Shown piece after piece: positions 11,388 through 26,358 of a DNA stretch of 64,000 nt. Source of the DNA: Guillardia theta CCMP2712 (Eukaryota; Protista; Cryptophyta); NCBI RefSeq assembly GCF_000315625.1, contig NW_005434672.1, positions 1,085,374 through 1,149,373 on the forward strand, in the 5' to 3' direction. The first letter of the stretch is position 1, and the number at the start of each line of letters is the position of its first letter. The notes under the pieces were generated by a model. It saw nothing but the letters and a program-made list of their open reading frames with translations, did not search any database and had not been told where the DNA came from. Both the position numbers and the translations under genes were made by a program.

Positions 11388-14300
11388 TCAGGTTATCATG
11401 GTGCTCATGAGCAGCTCGTACAAGTCGCCCAAGATGGCTTCTCTCGTCTGGTTCAAGGCAGACGACAGCTGCATCTGCAAGGCGAGATCGAGGTGGAGGT
11501 ATCGACCTGAGGGATCTCAGCAACGGACCAGCTCCTCTCTCAAGCATACCTAGAAGGTTCCCGTCCAGGAAGTTCTTGGCATATCGGCGCTTCATGCACA
11601 TGGCAGGTTTGTACAGCCTCCATGACCTTGGGTTCAGCCCCGCGTAGTGCGGCATGGCGGTCACAAGAAGGTTCTGGAGCGCAAGGAGGCGACGATAAGA
11701 CTGAGCGGACGAGTCAGACAGCACCCGGACCTCGCACAGTCACCTGCTCGGGGATGGGGATGATAGCGCCTATCCCTCCATCTAGAGTCGTGTAATGAGC
11801 TGCTGTCCTGACGCCCAGGGTGGGACGGAAAGGAAGGGGCCAGCGGATGAACTTGTTGATGTGAGAGCCCACGTGGAGGTCAGCTCGGCAGATCAGCTGC
11901 TGCCTGCGGTACTCGGGGCTGTTGGGGTTGAAGACGAAGACCTGCACGTTCTTCTGCTCGTCCGACGCCAGCAGCCCGAAGTTGGAGCCCATGACTACAA
12001 ACTCAGCGGCGTACACGGAGAGAGGCAGCGCGTCCTTGGCAAGCAGCTGTAACATCCGGATGTCCTCCCTCCATCGCAGCAGATGGACGGAGTGACGGAT
12101 GTCTCCGAAGACGATGAAGAACTTGACGGTCTTGAGGGTCGTGATGTAGAGATGCGCGTCGAAGAAGGCTCGTCCCACCAGCTTCTCGTCCACCCACTCG
12201 TACACGTACAGCTTCGACCCCCCGATCATCCCCGGGTTCGGCCCCTGCGCCACCAGCAGGTAGCCCTCCAGCTGGCACAGGGCAGAGACCGGCGCCTTGA
12301 TGTCCTGGATGTCTGCAGAGGTGAAAATCTGCGAGAAGATCAGAGCGAGCAAGTGATGAAGAGAGTGAGTGAGCAAGAGAGGGAGGGAGAGAGGGAAGGA
12401 GGGAGCGAAGGGAGCGAGACCTTCTTGATCTTGAAGGACGTTCTGCCTTCGTATCCTTCCTCTCCCACAACTGTGGTCACTTCGAACACGTAGATGCGAC
12501 CAGTCGCCCTCGACGTCTCCGATTCCCCGTTCTGAAAACCAGTCCCGACAGCGACGAAGGGGAGGAGAGAATCTTTCACGCGCGTGTTCTTGAGATGAAC
12601 GACCTGCAGGCAAAGCGCCTTCTCTCCGTTGGCAAAGTCAAACTCGTACGAGTCAAGCAGCTCCATGCTGTACGGTGCTCGCAGCTGCACCTCATACTTC
12701 TCCTCTGTGAGCGGAGGGATCGCTCCTTCTAGGGTCCCTTCTGGCCTGCCATGAGCGTCAGGTCAGGAGGAAGGGAAGGGACGTGCGTGCAGCTGCTCAC
12801 TTGCGCTCATCTTCGATCTCCTGCTGGGAGGAGACGACCAGCACGTGGCAGCCTGTGGCTGCATGGAAGGCGACATGGTGGACTGTCATCCCGACGTGCT
12901 TCGTTCTCAGCGGCCATGGAGTATCGCCGGAGATGCCTTCGGGGATGTTGCAAATCTTCAAGACTCCCTTGGCTCGGTCTCTGCCCTTGTCAGCAATGCA
13001 GACTATCCCATCCTTGCACTGCAAGTTGTTGAACCGAGCCGCGCTCCTCACGCCCTCCCCTCTGTCGAGCTTCCACGGGTGGATGCGAGGAAGACCCCGT
13101 CCGAAGAGCACGACAGCGGGCTGTCGAGCAGCAATCAAGACCCCCTCCAGCCCTCCCGCTCCTCCTAGAGGCATCAGACGTGACGTTCGCAGCGTCTGCA
13201 TGTCATAAATTAGGCAGACGAAGAAAGGAATGTTGTTTGTGGTGGAGCAGCTGGAGGTGGTAGTGATTGAGGAGGAGAAGGAGAGGGAGAAGGAGAAGGA
13301 GAGGGAGATGGAGATGGAGATGGAGAGAGAGATGGAGAGGGAGATGGAGATGGAGAGGGAGATGGAGAGGGAGATGGGGAGGGAGAAGAAGAAGGAGAAG
13401 AAGGAAGCAGCCGGTACCTTCAGCGTTGCCTCTCTCGTTGGGTCTTCTAGCTCCAACTCGTCGACGAAGAAGTCGTCGAAGACCTCCTCTCCTCGCAGCA
13501 TGATCTCGTGATTCACCTTCTTGAACCTCAATTTGCTCCACTTCCTCACTGCCTTCTTCGCGTCCTCCTCCTGTTTCTCAGCTTCTAGTGCTGTCATCTG
13601 TTGCGTCTCACAAAACTCGAAGCTCTTGTAGAGCAGAATGTCTGCTGAGGATGTGATGGCAACGAGGCAGAGGATGTCAGCATCGCATTCCTTCTTGTGG
13701 GGGAATGGGATCGGCTCGATACACATGTCGAGGATGAAAGGGACTTCTGGCAGGTCGGCTGGATCGAGAGCGACCGCTCCGCTTCTCTCTTCGACAAGTA
13801 GCGGAGGTGCAAGGACGAAATCTGCTGCATCGTACACGAGCTCGAGTGACGGGAGCGTGTAGAGCTGGAAATGACCATTGCGAGGAGCAGCAGCAAGCAT
13901 CACGTCCCGCTGCTGAGGATCGTCGTTTGCCTCGCCGTCGGGGATGGGATCGAGGAAGAAGCAAGCAGCAGTAATGTTGTGAATCTCATGGCTGACATAG
14001 TTGACTTGCATGCTCGAAGCATCTCCAACCAGGAGATTCAAACGTCCATCCTGGGCAGAAGAGGTCAGGACTTCCATGCCCTCCTCCCTCCTCCCTTTCC
14101 CTTGCCGCTTACCTGCAGGATCAGAGCTATGTAGGGGTCGCGTATGTAGGCTGCCACGATCTGCAATCCATTCCCTGCAACCACTGGCAACTCTTGCTCC
14201 TTTCGTGGTCCGTTGAGGACATAGACGTTCCAAGGAGTAACCTACGAGAGGAGGAGGGAGAGGAGGAGGAGGAGGAGGAGGAGGAGGAGGAGGAGGAGGA

Positions 14301-16810
14301 GTCAGTCAAAATTGGACAGCAGTACAACAAAGCAGAGCACACCTGGACGATCCTCTGATTGCCGAAGATGTTGCCTACACACACTGTCTTGGCATCTACT
14401 TCGAAATCAACTTGCTCGTCCTCATCGAACTCCTCCAGCTCTCTCCCCTTGAGCACGATTGTTCCTTTATCATTTCCCTGGCTGATCACCATATACGCAT
14501 GCATTCCTGCACTCTGCTCTTCTTCCTCATTGCCATCCTCCTCCATGTCCTCGTCCGCTGCCTTGGCAGTTGGCCCAAACACTGTCCACACAGCTTGCGC
14601 ATCAGGTAGGGGGACTGCTGTCATCACTACAGGATTGAGCGATCGCTGCAGCACCCCGAGCTTGCCATACTGCAGGCCGCCGCTGGCAGTCACCAGCTCC
14701 ACACTGTCCTTCTTGACCTGTCAGGATAGCGGATCAACACCTCCTCTTCCTCATTTGCAACTTCGTCACCTCATCCATCGACGAGCGATGAGAGCAAAGG
14801 GAGAAATCTCCTGCATTGTTGTTAGCTCACAGCACCCGCGTCAAGTCGCGAACCTATCGGCCCGATGTTCGTCAATGTATCGCAGAGCTCAAACCTGTAG
14901 AACCCGTCTGGCATGCCCTCTTTCGACAATCCGTTTGCAGCGTTCCTCGGATTCAATCCCAGATACCTGGAGGAAGTTTTCTCAATGACTTCATCGACCA
15001 ACCTCATTGCAAGACAAAGGCAATCAAAACATCAATGGCATCATCTAGCACATCCATTATCGATCCTACATGGCAGCGTCTTCGTCGTCCATTTCAACCT
15101 CGGCGTTCATCGCAGGAGCCTGTTCGGCTTTCACTGTCGTGGCTTCACGCGTTGGTGCAGCGTCAGTCGTGGGAGCACCACCATACAGGTCATCATCTGA
15201 ATCACTGTTTTCCTCCTTCATCTGTACAAGACCGTCAGACATCAAACCAAGAAGCACGACTCAACACTTACTTCTGGACCTCCAGCTGGCTTGGGCGCGT
15301 CATTCCCGTAAAGCTCGTCTTCCGACGAATCTTCTTCCTTAGATGACGGCTCGGCTTCTGACTTGACAGGGGCTGACGGCAGACTATCGTTGACTTCTTG
15401 CTTCACAGGGTCGGCACCCTGGGAACTCGAACCATTCTCCACACCATTCGATTGACCATGTTCCGACACGTCGCCTTCATCGTCTACTTCCTTGGAGCGT
15501 TTGATCATCTTCACCAACGACGAGTCTCCAAGACGAGAGCCCAGGAACAGGTATGAATCTCCCACCCTGCACATAATGGACGCGAAACCCCCAGACGGAC
15601 TGAGTTTGACGTCAACGAGGTCCAGTGTGAGCGCTTTAATGGTGTTGCCATCGGTATCAAGCTGCACGCCCATGATGTAGCTCTCGCCGGTAACAAGACT
15701 GAAGAGCATCTGATACCCCTCGAGCCTCACCGGATGCACCGTATCGAAGCAGATGATATCTCCGGCAGTATCGAACCGGTTCCCTCCATCGCCGGCGGCT
15801 ATCGCGTATTCGTTCAGTTTCAAGGCGCATTTCTGTTCGTGATTGCGGTAGATAAGAGCATTAGATGAAACTACAACCACTCCTCCCGCAGGTGCAGGCA
15901 GTGCTACGATGTGACGAGAGTTGTGCGGAAGCTTCGAGGCGCTCCAAATAATCGGTTGTCGTCTCTGGGAGATGTTTAGAGATACTGTCGTTATCATCCC
16001 CGTGAAGTTGGACACAGCAAGCCTTCCCGCCCACGTTCGAGAGTTCTCATGCAAGAAGCTGATGGTGGGCTCGTAATATCCATCAAGGAATGTGAAGTCC
16101 ACCACGTGCTTTATCCCTGCCTCATCAAGGTCTACCACGTAGGTGGGCAGGATGCCGAGCTTATTGTCAGAGGGAGCGCCTAACCTGGTCACGGTGTTGG
16201 ACGAAGCAGATTCACTCTTGAATTTCTTGTTAGGTTGCGTGAGAATTTCATCGTCTTCCTCGAGATCTGAACCCTTGTGCTTGAACGGGATGACAACCAT
16301 TTTTGATTCGTACACAAGCAATGCCGCACATCTCTGCAAAGGATCCACCCGTAGAAGAGGAGCTCGCCCGAAACTTACTCTCCCCTTCCTGATCTCGTCG
16401 TCTTCAAAGAGATGCAGAGAGACGTTAACAATGTCGTCGATTGAGTTGTCATACTCCAGAATCGACAACTTCGCATCTCTAAAAACCAAGAAGAGATGAT
16501 CTCGATTCCGTCCAGGCAGCCTGACGAACGCCATGGATTCGACATTTCCATTCAGATCGTATCTACCAACACATTGCAGCGTCGCTCCGCCATGACCATG
16601 ACCCGAATCCCCTGCAGCTTTCTGACCATTCTGCTTACCATTGCATGTTTTTGAGTGCTTCTTCTCCTCTTCCTTGAGGACATACAGCTCGAGCTGGGTG
16701 CCCTTGACAACAGCAAGATTATCTTCATCTTCACTGCGGAACCTTCCTCCTCCTCCCGCCGTCACCGTCGTCGGTGCATGGCTCTCCCGCAGCGCAGCGT
16801 AGAGCGCCAT
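11388..16810 (-). CDS. CPSF1: Cleavage and polyadenylation specificity factor subunit 1 (CPSF160), multi-exon
   Basis: LRVDPLQRCAA, DFTFLDGYYEPTISFLHE, FLGSRLGDSSLV, LCDTLTNIGPI, VAVGTGFQNGE, GRIYVFEV and HYAGLNPRSWR. ATG at 16810; stop at 11388-11390. Confidence 0.93.
13268..13405. repeat. (GGAGAT/GGAGAG)n low-complexity tract inside a CPSF1 intron
   Basis: Direct inspection. Confidence 0.8.
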
Positions 16811-17108
16811 GCGCTCCTCCCCCCCACCCCTACCCGGAGAACACACATTCTTGTACCTGTACCCCTACTTTTCCCTTTGCTCATACCCTACACAGGATCA
16901 CCCTACCCTGTATTCAGACTAGATTGGAGAAATGATTTTGGGTCTGAGGGGGGAGGTGGACCCGATCATGGCCAAGGTGGCTCATAACCAATAAAGTTCT
17001 GAGTCCGGGCCCGACCGGCCGGGTTGGGTTCTTCACTACTCCGCCTCAGAGTCCTTGGCCTCCATTGTTTACTCAACTATTTGAGGGTGGGTGGTGGGAG
17101 TCAGGTAG

Positions 17109-18499
<1,391 letters not shown>

Positions 18500-18655
18500 G
18501 AAAGAGAAGTTGAGAATTCATGTAGAGGAGAATTGAATGAGAATGCAAAATTTGCTGACCAGCAAGAGCTGTTCGCTGACATCTTCTATTCTCTCCCGTT
18601 AAAATTGATGAAGCAATGTGACGATGTTCCGTTGCTGGCAAAGATTGCTGTACCA

Positions 18656-21600
18656 TCACAGATCTCCAGTTTCAAATCTCTGTGATCCTCCAGCTCCTCC
18701 TCTGACTGCCTCCCCTTTGCCTCCTCCACCTCTGCTCCTGTATATCACAGCCACTATGCTCAGCAGAATGCCGGAGAAGATAACCCATGCAGCGAAAGTG
18801 GCTGAAACCAAGACGTCAGGGACAAGTGGAGAGGTGGGGGCAAAGGGGAAAGGAGAGGCAAGAGCAGAGGGAAGAGGAGAGAAGGGAAGAGGAGAGGGAG
18901 GCGGGGAGGGAGGAGGAGAAGATAAGATGAAGAAGGGACACTAGGAGCGGGTTGACGTACTGAGAGCCCAATGGAAGCTCCATATGCAAGATTCAACACG
19001 CCCAGCTGGTGTCGCTGACAGCAGAGCCGTGTGGTTGCTGCAAGGGACCTCACGGCTAGGGGGAAGAGACTGAAGGAGATATCCTCCTGTGCGCAGAGTT
19101 AGAGCATGTGAGAGGGGAGGAGAAGAGGTGACCGAGGGGAGGGCCCATGAGCTCGCCTGCGATTTGCGATTAGAGAAATCAAGGCATGCATCGAGGAAGA
19201 GGAGGTGCGCGAGCTGGCACTGTTGATGGGGAGGAGGAGGAGGAGGGGAAGGAGGGGGAGGAGGAGGAGGAAGAGGAGGAAGAGGAGGACAGGAGGAAGA
19301 CAGAGACGGTGAGGGGGGACGCACCAATAGACCAGATGGCACTGTAGAGGCCGGAGAGGCTGTCTTCGGTTGCTCGCTGATCGAGGATTGCGAGATCCGA
19401 TTCGCTATCATGCTCTACAGCAGTGAGAAAGTTGTCTCCTCTTCATCTCCCTCCTCCCCTCCTTCTACAACATCTCAACTCTTCCAATCTCCTCCTCTTG
19501 TTCCTCTTGCTTTTCCTCCTCGTTTATCTTCCTGTCCTCCTCTCCTCCAACTCACCTGGAGGCCAAAAATGGAGAGTGACACTCAACATGTAGGGAACCG
19601 AGGGAACCAAAATGGCAGCACTGCCACGAGGTCAGGATGGGACACAGCACGAGAAGTGGGGAGGAGAAGGAGCGGGAGGAAGGGACGGAGGAGGAGGATA
19701 GAACCTGCCTATCCCCATAAGCAGCAAAGAGCAGATGTCAAGAATCCATTCCGAGAAAACTGTGAGTTGGATGGGAACGAAGTCTCCCAACGGTCCTGCT
19801 GCAGCTGATTTTGCTCCTGACCCCCCCCCTGCTCCAAGGCCTTCGAGATTCTGCAGGCTGAGCGCAAAAATGTCCGGAGTAGCTGAGAATGAAGTCAGAG
19901 GAGGAGAGGAGGAAAGGAGGGGAAGAGAGGAGGAGGTGGTGGAGCAGAGGAGAGATTGAGGTGGAGGAGAGGAGGTGATGGAGATAAACTCCCTTTCTTG
20001 TGTATCCAGACCTAAGAGGTAGACTCCGATGCCGTACAAGAAAAGTCCGACGATGACTCTTCTTACCTCCTTGACCTTGTTCTTAGTGAAACAGATTCAG
20101 ACTGATGCAGTCATCGACAATGATTGAGGAATCTTGGTTGATCACCATAGGACGACAGGAATATTGAGGAGCAGGAGGATGAGGGCGAAAACAAGACAAC
20201 GAGGAAGAGAAGAAGGAGAAGGAGAAGGAGAAGGAGAAGGAGAAGAAGAAGGAGAAGGAGAAGGAGAAGAAGAAGAAGAAGAAGAAGGGCTAAAGTGAGA
20301 ATGAGAATGGATACGCATTGTTACCTCGCTCGAATGTTTACCGAAGACAAAGCTGAAGATGCTGTACATTATGGGTTCAATCTACCAGCAGCGCATGTGA
20401 GAAATCCTCCCAGGCTCTTTCCTGCATGCTTCACCATGAACACCATGCCGGCAGTTGAAGAGTCGGCTCCTGCAGTCGAGGGTGAGAGCAAGTGCGCAGC
20501 GAGAGCAAGACAAGAAATGTTAACACGATCGGAAGAACTCACCGAGGGCGATTTTAAGATGGCGGGCAAGAGCAAGCTCTTTGAACCCCTGATCATGCTC
20601 TAGATCACATCCATGAAGTCAGAGGAGGCACCTACCTGAGCCGCCGCATGGGCGACGATCCCAAAACAAATGCAGAGGACAGGAGGATTCGTCAGCCTGG
20701 GGGAGGAAAGAGAAGAACATCTCAATCACAAACTGCAAATGGCAGAGAATAGGAGGGAGGGAGGGGAGGGAGGGAGGGAGGGAGGGAGGGAGGGAGGGAG
20801 GCAGGCAGGCAGGGATGGAGGTAGGGAGGAAAGTAGGCAGGGAGGCAGGGGGAGGAGGGACGGAGGGAGGGAAGTAGGCAGGGAGGCAGGTGGAGGAGGG
20901 AGGCAGGGAGGGAAGCAGGGAGGGAAGCAGGCAGGGAGGCAGGGAGATAGGGGAGGGAGATAGGAGAAGGGAGGGAAAACATCACCTCTTCCATGATTGC
21001 CAGAGAGCATCTTTATCAACAATCGTGTCCCCCGGTTGCGATTCCGAACCCCCTCCTGCAGAAACTTGGGAGCATCCTTCCCCAACGTTGGCCGTGGATC
21101 TTATTTCTCCCTCTCCCTCCTCTTCTTGCGGGACTATCAAGTACTCGTTGGAGGCACTTCGTATCAGAGTCTGCAGGCACCATGTAAAGAGGAGAACGTG
21201 GGAAGGCGATACATCAGACCTCTCGGTGTTGGAATGATAGTTTGACTGCACAGGCGATCAGGACACAAATCACGGCGGGCAGCATGACCTGAAAGCAAAG
21301 GCATTAGCTGTTCTGAATGCTGCAAAAGAATAATGCCAAAGAAGGGGAGGGAAGGATGGGGAGGGGCTGAGAGGAAGAGGGAGGGAGAGGGAGGGCGATA
21401 GGACGAGACAGGGGCCGGTGGGATTGAAAGGATAACACATGATCTTCTTACAGCTATCTGAAACCCGAAATATCTGTAAGAGATTCCTCCAACCGCTGGA
21501 CCAATCATGTAGCCAACCCCAACAATGAATTCGATAAGACCCAAATCCCTCTGCCGCAGTGTTACTGGGATGTAGCCAGAGAAGAGAAGAAGAGAAGAAG

Positions 21601-22629
21601 GGAAGAAATGACAGCACAAGGCAGATACGAGTATGACGCAGGGAAGGAGGATCAAGGCAAAGAACTTGGGATCAAAGTATGAGAGAGAAACAGATTCGGG
21701 AAGTAGAATGCAGATGGAGGCACTGCTGCAGGCAGGTGTTGCTAAAAAAAAAGGCGATGACGTGGAAGAGAGCAGGGAGGATTGCTTCTTGCGCAAGACA
21801 GGAGAAGAACATCTTTCTTGCCTGAAGGCTGTCAGAAACCTCAATCACCAACGCTAAAGCAGCACTATTGCTGCCTTGCGAGCCGATCCCTGAGATAAGA
21901 TTGTCAGAGCAAGGTGGAGAGGTAGAGAGGGAAAGGAATTGGAGGAGCAGGGCTTTCGTACCTTGAAGGGCTCGAGCAATCATAAAGGTGGTAACTTGAT
22001 TTGAATAAGCAAACATGATGGTTCCTGAGGAGAAAAATGTGAGACAAACACAACACATTCCTCTCTTCATACCGATAGCCAAGATTGATAATCCCAAACT
22101 CAACCTGTCTGATCGGCTACGGAGAACGCGCTCACATGATGGTGAATTGAAAACGACGAGGAAACCTGATCTTGGTAGAAAGAAAGCTCCACAGGGGTGT
22201 GCTCATGACTTGTGCGAAAGGGTTGCAAGCGACAATCAACCCGATCACCGTTTCTAATCACAGTCAAATCTCCCCGAAAGCAAGCGGCACAACCTGGAGC
22301 GTCCAGATTCTCCTTAGCGTACCCAGGAAAGAAAGGAGCGATGAGACTGACTACAAAGAAGATGAGCATTGCACAAACAAAGTCAGCTCGCACCTGTCAT
22401 CATCGTCGACAGCGTCGCAACCAGAGCCAAGTTCCGAACGAAATGTTCATGGCCGTGCGAGTGGAGCCAGGCGACTAAAGGATAGAAGCCGATGCAGTGA
22501 GCAAAGATGTGAAGGGACTCACATCCCTGCATCTGCGACCCTCGTCAGCTCAACGGCTCTCTTCTCCTCCAGCACGCATCCCAGTACCTCTGGATACGAG
22601 AGCGGGGACCCTGGTCCGAAGGTTGACAT
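18656..22629 (-). CDS. MFS transporter, SLC18B1/vesicular amine transporter-like, many exons
   Basis: SLIAPFFPGYA, FMIARALQGIGS, LGLIEF..GVGYMIGPAVGG.Y and P ILKS..SSAVF exons separated by low-complexity introns. Ends inferred from manual splicing. Confidence 0.75.
20205..20287. repeat. (GAAGGA)n/(GAA)n intronic microsatellite
   Basis: Direct inspection. Confidence 0.85.
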
Positions 22630-23223
22630 GGGGGATGTGAGGGAAAGGCTCTGGAGTTTTGAAGAGAGATGCTACATCTGCATCGTTATTGTACTTGTTT
22701 TCTCTGACTTCTCTTCTCCCTTTCTTGACACTTTTCACGCCAATATCGCGGCAAAAACCTCAGGATCCATTGCCATTGCGCCCGGTCAACCGGCTTTATT
22801 GCTATTCCCCCGCCCCTGTAAAAGAAACAAAAAAGCAAAAAGAATAGAACCTCAAGCTGCTAGTCAGAGGACAGTCACAGTACACTAAACTTTGACAATC
22901 AGGAGAGAGTAGTGTGGCTTGTCAAGGACCAGGAATGGATGGAATGAAGATGAACAGAAGGGACTGACCAAGTGATGTCCATCGGTACTTCATTACTTCA
23001 AGATCACTGAACGTACTGTGGACCAATATCTTCTTCTTAAAGAACATTGCAATTGCCAATTGAAAAAAAAAACAAACTGAAAAGGCTAGCATTGATGTCG
23101 GGGACATCCTCTACGATTTCATGCTTGAAAGGATCGTAGATCTGATGTGCAAAGACTGTAGATGAGCGCGGGAAACACGCGATTCTCCCAAGAAAAAACG
23201 TACACAAACCCATCATGTCAGCC

Positions 23224-24829
23224 TCAAGGATATGGCAGTTCAGAGTCGCCGAGGCCTGTGGAAGCGTCATGAGAGTCCTCAACTACATGAATGAGAGCAG
23301 GAGCAAGGAGAAAGGACGGAGATCTCACGGTGATGGGACTTGAGCCCCTCCCAGACATCTTCGATCTCTCCACGAGAGTGCGCCATCCAGACGAACGGGA
23401 TGAGGGTTCCAGGTACCTGCCTTGCTTTCAGACCTGTACACCTGACCTCAAATTGAAAAGGACCAGGTAGATCATGGCTGGCTGCGCCCAATGAAACGTG
23501 CCCACAACAAATTCGCAAATTGTCAAGCCGATGCAATAACCGATCATGACAACGGCAAAGTAGCCCTGCAAACAGAGGATATTCACCCACAGGAGAATGA
23601 AGCATCACGATTCACCATCTTCTTGTCGATTCCCTTTGCGTCATCCAAGCGCAAGGCAAAGCACACGAGGAGACCCGGGAGGACGATGTCTCCGAGCCCG
23701 ATGAGAGTGAACTGCATGTGCCGTCCGCTCGCCATCATTAGCGGCACCTAAACTTCCGTCACTACTCCTCTCCAGACATCTACGATGACATACCAAGATC
23801 TTGATTGGAACGTTGAGGCCCGTCGCCACCGTGACCATAACATTCTTGCCGAAAATAGATGAGGAGATAAAGACCCAGAAGATGTCGTAGAAGAACGCAA
23901 GAATCAGCAGAGAGCTGGCAACTTTCAGGCTGGAAAGTCTGCAAAATTGCAGAAAATCAGGCCTCCAGAATCTTTGCAAAATATTCAGCTCACCTGACGC
24001 TCGTCAAGAAAAAGATAATGAGTGAGAAGGCGAGGATGTTGTTCAACAACCAGCTCTTGGTGAAAAACCAACTGAGGAAGAGTTAATAACACGAATTCGA
24101 GGACAGGGCCACCCACGTCAAGACGGCCACGATGCACACGGGTGCTAAGATGAAGAACAAGATAGGCATCGGCCCAAGATATCTAAAAGTTCAATCAGAT
24201 AGGAAGGAGATGTTGTTGCAAACATACGGGACGTCAACTTCTCGTGAGAATCTGTGATCAGTGTATCGATCCACATATGGGTATACAAGAGCTCCCAGAG
24301 CCAAAGATGAGATGAAGCAAAACAAGATCGTAACGAGCACAGACATAGCTGTAAGATGTCAGATACCGTGTTTGAAAGAAACAACAGAATCGTACCGGAC
24401 ATGAAATAGAAAATCATGACGAGCGAGCAAGATGCAACGATGACGAACATGAAAGTAGTGTGCAACTGCATCTCACCTGCATCATACAACAATCAATGTC
24501 GATCTACAAGCACCAAAACAAGGAAAGAAATCACCAGCTTCAGCAGCCTCCTCGTATGCCATGGCTTCTTGACTGGTTGGACTCATGTCCATGAAAGGAG
24601 GTCGTAGTGCTCTTGAAGCTCCATAGTAAAGGATCAGAGCCGCGATGATCACTACCAAGAAGTTTGAAGGGTCGAGATGAGAGTTCTTCGACGCTGTCCG
24701 CACTGGAGCGTTGCCCCGGTGAAGTTTGGCTGGCCTTGGATGGTTTACACCAGAGACACGGCTCTGTGCGGCGGCGGCGGCAATGAAGCACAGGATGAGT
24801 GCGAGAGCTAGGACCTTTTTGGAATTCAT
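23224..24829 (-). CDS. Signal peptide peptidase-like aspartyl intramembrane protease (peptidase A22B), spliced
   Basis: Catalytic FFYDIFWVF (YD), IGLGDIVLPG (GxGD) and QPAMIYLVP (PAL-type) motifs; N-terminal signal peptide MNSKKVLALALILCF. Confidence 0.9.
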
Positions 24830-26358
24830 CCTTCCAGCGAAGATCTGGAGAGTAATAATCAAACATCTCTTAATGCTCGCAAACATGAATGTAGCGGTTG
24901 AGCAGCAAACTGTGACTGGCTTTGTACGCTCTCTGTTTCTGAACGTATTGCAATACGTTGAGACTGAACTAAAAAGAAGAGCGGAGGAGGGGAGGGAACG
25001 GAGGCAGAACGCAATGAGCCCTTTTTGTTGGTGATATTACAAGGCAGTGATGTGATGGAAGCTTGATACCCCCGAATCACTAAGGGAAATCAAGGGAAGA
25101 GTTGTCAAAGAGAATTGTGGAACGGAGCAGTAGCGGTGGGGTACAGGAAACGAAAAAAAGCAGGTTAAGAAATGTGTTCGAGACAGTGCATGGAAGAGGG
25201 AGGACCAGGGGCGGGGGGGAGGAAGGGGGGGAGGGGGGGTTGTAAGGGAGTGAGCAGGGACCCTGAAGGTAAGCCAAGAACTTGGTCATCGAGTGTAACG
25301 AGAACAAGAAATGAAGAGGACAGGGAGAGCGGGTGGTGAAGAGCGAGGCGAAGATGGTAAGAACATGGAAGGAAAGGAGAGAAGAGGACGAAGGGGAGGA
25401 GGAACAGAAGATGGCCTTGGATATGAAGCGGCTAGTCGCATGCGCAGCTGCCATAGTGAGTCAGCAGCAGGGGATGAGGGGGGAAGTGGGGTTGCAGGGT
25501 GGGCTGCCCTTGGGGTATTTCAAAGTACGGGTATATTTTGGCTGATAAGTACCGGTGCTGTTCATGCTTGCTGGGTTAATCGTATTGGTGTTCTCGGAAG
25601 GTACAGAGCGAAATATATTCAGAGATTTTGAATTTTACAAAGAACAATCTTTGAAAATGGAATTCGGTAAATCTGGAAAATAAATTTTAAGTAAAATATA
25701 TTCTGTGGGCAGAAATTCCTGATTTCAACTTTAGACAATTATTCTTCCCGAAATGAGGGGCAGCGAAATTGCGTTGTCAATAAATTTTGCAGATTACAGA
25801 AGTCAAAGTATTGATGGATAATTGTTACCCTACCCCCTAATTTCCCAGATAGCATAGGTGGAGGGTATATCCATTATTACAGTATACTCCATGAAATATT
25901 CCTGGTTAGATGCATGCTCGACTTCGGTACGATGGAGGGAGAGAGGGTGATCAGGAAGGGAGAGGAGAGGAGAGGGTGAGGTTGTGTGAGAGAAAAGTGT
26001 GAGAAACGAGGGTTATAGAGGAAGGAGACAAGTGCTCAAGCAGAGACTGGTAGAGAAGCAAGAGAGGTTCAGACAGTTGTTGGACAATAAGATAGCACAT
26101 GGAGTGAGTGAACGAGCTGAAGAAGATCAGATGGATGAAGGGGCTGCGAGAAATTGTTGTAGCGTGTACTTCGGATGGAAAATTCGAGTTAGTATATGGT
26201 GTTGTTTCGATCACAAATATTGGGAAACCAATGATGGTAACGAGATTCGTATAACGACTTTCGGCAACAGGCCAGGAACAATTCTCTTGATTTGTACAGC
26301 TCTCGTAGAAGCAAACCAACTATCGTGGACAAAAGATATTGAACGAGTCTTACCTGCT

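Noticed and set aside
25999-26358. Long N-terminal extension of CDC123
   Set aside because: Starts at a non-ATG codon and has no similarity; more likely 5' UTR or intergenic.
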